Of a stretch of 64,000 nucleotides of DNA, positions 61,354-64,000 are shown in pieces (position 1 is the stretch's first letter; each line of letters opens with the position of its first letter). Both the position numbers and the translations under genes were made by a program. The stretch is from Octopus sinensis. Its lineage: Eukaryota. The DNA lies in the NCBI RefSeq assembly GCF_006345805.1, contig NC_043019.1, forward strand, positions 31,309,360 through 31,373,359, written 5' to 3'. The notes beneath the pieces were generated by a model that worked only from the letters and a program-made list of their open reading frames with translations, made no database searches and was not told the origin of the DNA.

Positions 61354-61569
61354 TTTGTCTATTCAGCTCTATTGAACAGGTGAAAGACAATGTCACACAC
61401 TCGCTCATTATGTTATAGGCTTTCACCAAAAGACTGCCACTTAAGAGTTAATTTGCTGCAGATAAACTATCACAAGTTACTTCATTTGAAAAGTACTGGA
61501 ACTTCAGTTTCTCTATACATATGTAAAATCTATACTTTTTCAAGTGCCCAATCATCAGAATCAAATATT

Positions 61570-62265
61570 GGTTATTAAATTTTGGTACAAGGCCAACAAT
61601 TTCGGGGGAGGGTTTAAGTCAATTACATGACCCCTTGTGATCAACTGGTTCTTATTTCATTGACCCCAACCCCAAAGGGATGAAAGGCAAAATCAACCTT
61701 GATGTATTTTTAACTCAGAATGTAAAGACGGATGAAATGTCATTAAGCATTTTCTCTGATGTGCTAATGATTCTGCCACCTTCTCAGAATCAAAAATCTC
61801 TTTCAAATTTTGGCACAAGGCCAGCAATTTGAAGAGGAGGAGGTAAGTTGATTACATCAACCCCACCAGTGCTCAACTGGTACTTACTTTATCAACCTGG
61901 AAAGGATGAAAAGCAAAGTCAACTTTTGGGAAATTTGAGCTCAGAACACGAAGACAGACAAAATGCCACTAAGCATTTTGCCTGGTGTGTTAATGATTCT
62001 GCCAGCTTGCCACCTTATCAGGGAAACATGGAAGGGGTTCATAATAATATTGGTCTCAAATTTTGACACAAAGCCAGCAAGTTCGGGGGAGGAAGTAAGT
62101 CGACTTCATTGACCCCAGTAGACATCTGGTACTTATTTTATCAATCCTGGAAGTATGAAAGGCAAAGTCAACCTCAGCACAATTTGAACTCAGAATGTAA
62201 AGATAGATGACATGCTGTTTAGCATTTTTCCAGGCATGCTAATGATTCTGCCAGCCTGACGCCTT
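61570..62265 (-). mobile_element. Three head-to-tail family A SINE copies
   Basis: AAATTTTGG(C/T)ACAAGGCCA...GATTCTGCCA unit at ~61575, 61803 and 62055. Confidence 0.85.
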
Positions 62266-62709
62266 CGTTTTTCTCAGATATTGGTAGTCAGATGTTAAAA
62301 ACAAAAAAAAAAACGTGGTGAGGAAAAAAAAGGGGGGGAAAAACCAAAAATAGTGTAAAGGAAACAGAAGAAAACAAATTTAGAAAATAAAACAGGAATT
62401 TCACATAGAACAAAACAAAAAAAAAAGAAAAAAAAGGAAAAAACATGTGTATGAGGTTGTGGGTGGGTTGGGTGGTCCAAGTGAATGAAAGCTTTCTGTC
62501 GATGAGAGAGAAAAAACACAAATGATTAGTATATGTCCTTAGATGAAAAATTTGTTCTGAAATTGGAAGCAAGTAAGAAATGTAAACTCCAAGACAGGAA
62601 TCTGAAACTAAACTTTCAATAATATGACACTTCCCGTTATCACAGTTGGAATGGAATAAAGATCCTCTTCGACATCGTTATTAAATGAATCAGCAGAGGG
62701 AATTAACCC

Positions 62710-63140
62710 TTGGTGGTGGTTGTGATTGTAGTGTTATTGCTGATAGTATTGTTGTTGTTGGTAGTAGTGGCATCGATGATGATGTTGTTGATGAAAGTTG
62801 TGGTGGTAGTGGCAATGGTGGTGGTGGTGGTGGTGGTGATGGTTTTGACAGTGGTGGTCTTGTTGACAATATTGGTAGTGTGTTGGTGGTTGTGGCGGCG
62901 CTGGCAGTTGTGGTGTTATTGTTGAAAGTGGTGGTGGTGGTGGTGGTGGTTTCGGCAGCAGTGGTGGTGCTGGTTGTGAAGTTATTGCTGATTGATGTTG
63001 TTGATGGTGGTCTTGATCGTGTAGTTGATGGTAATAGTTTGGTGCTATCGATGATGGTGATAGTAATTGTGTTGTTGGTGGTGGTGGTTTCAGTGGTAGT
63101 GGTGGTAATCGTGTTGATTGTGTTGGAAGTGGTGGTGGAG
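62710..63140. repeat. Degenerate (GTG/GTT)n tract
   Basis: Read directly from the sequence. Confidence 0.9.
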
Positions 63141-63673
63141 CCATGTGTCTTTGCATCGGTGTTTGTCCCCTACCACTGCTTAACAACTGGTGTTGGTTTG
63201 TTTACACCCCTGTGACTAACTGGTTAAGCAAAAGAGACTGTTAGATTAAGTACCAGTACTTAAAGATATAAGTTCTGGTGTTGATTTGCTTAACTGATAT
63301 TTTCCATGAAGGTGCCCCAGGATGGGGTGTAGTCTAATGACTGAAACAGTAAAGGTTAAACAATAACAGATCCATACATACATACATACATACATACATA
63401 CATACATAAATATATATGTGTGTTTGTATTTATACATTGTCCCCATTGTCCTCCTCCTCGTCCTTATCATCATCATCATCATCATCACTTCCCTGCTGGC
63501 ACAGATTTGATAGAATGTTTTATTGCTGGATGTACTTTTCTGCCATCAAGCCTTTTACCTGTTTCATGGGATATCCAGGTGTGTCTATTCTAAAAACTGA
63601 TATACTGTATGTATGTATATATATATATATATATGTATGTATATATACACATACACAGTTATATATAATTAGT

Positions 63674-63709
<36 letters not shown>

Positions 63710-64000
63710 TAGAAGCATTTAAACATATATATATATATATACATTTACACTTTGCATACGTACATATGTGGGTATGTACATATATATGTCTATGTATATA
63801 TATATATATATGTATATGTGTGTATGTGTGTGTGTGTGTGTGCATATATATATTGTTTTTGTTTTTTTGTTCTATACTATTATCATTACTTTTAACACAT
63901 CAGTTGCTTAGGAAAACAATGAATTCTTTTGCTGTTCCAGTTTTCCTATAATCAAACACCCATACAGGTTCTTTGAAGTTTAACTCACACTGCTATCCAC

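Overview
AT-rich, microsatellite-saturated eukaryotic DNA. The interspersed repeats resemble octopus/cephalopod families as I remember them, so the organism call is inference. I can recognise no complete protein-coding gene and no prokaryotic or CRISPR features; almost every ORF in the supplied track is a translation of (TA)n/(CA)n/(GAT)n repeats or of SINEs. The window is mainly a transposon graveyard. It holds at least five tRNA-headed SINE or LINE-tail families, a Ty3/Gypsy integrase-PPT-LTR end, and RT or endonuclease relics (R4/Dong-like, CRE-like, CR1-like, RTE, Penelope-like). It also holds Tc1/mariner, piggyBac-, hAT- and Kolobok-type MITEs, two non-autonomous Helitrons and a CpG-decayed 5S rRNA pseudogene. 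The main unexplained signal is a set of hammerhead-ribozyme (HHR) motifs from several unrelated repeat families. One (27533-27592, minus) has a complete consensus core and all three stems. I also found low-confidence, phase-compatible candidate exons for a minus-strand gene ending near 6.05 kb and a convergent plus-strand gene ending near 2.2 kb. Other signals are tandem arrays built from MITEs and near-identical tandem duplications bounded by (TA)n. Repeat boundaries are read by eye and are approximate unless a TSD or TIR is quoted.
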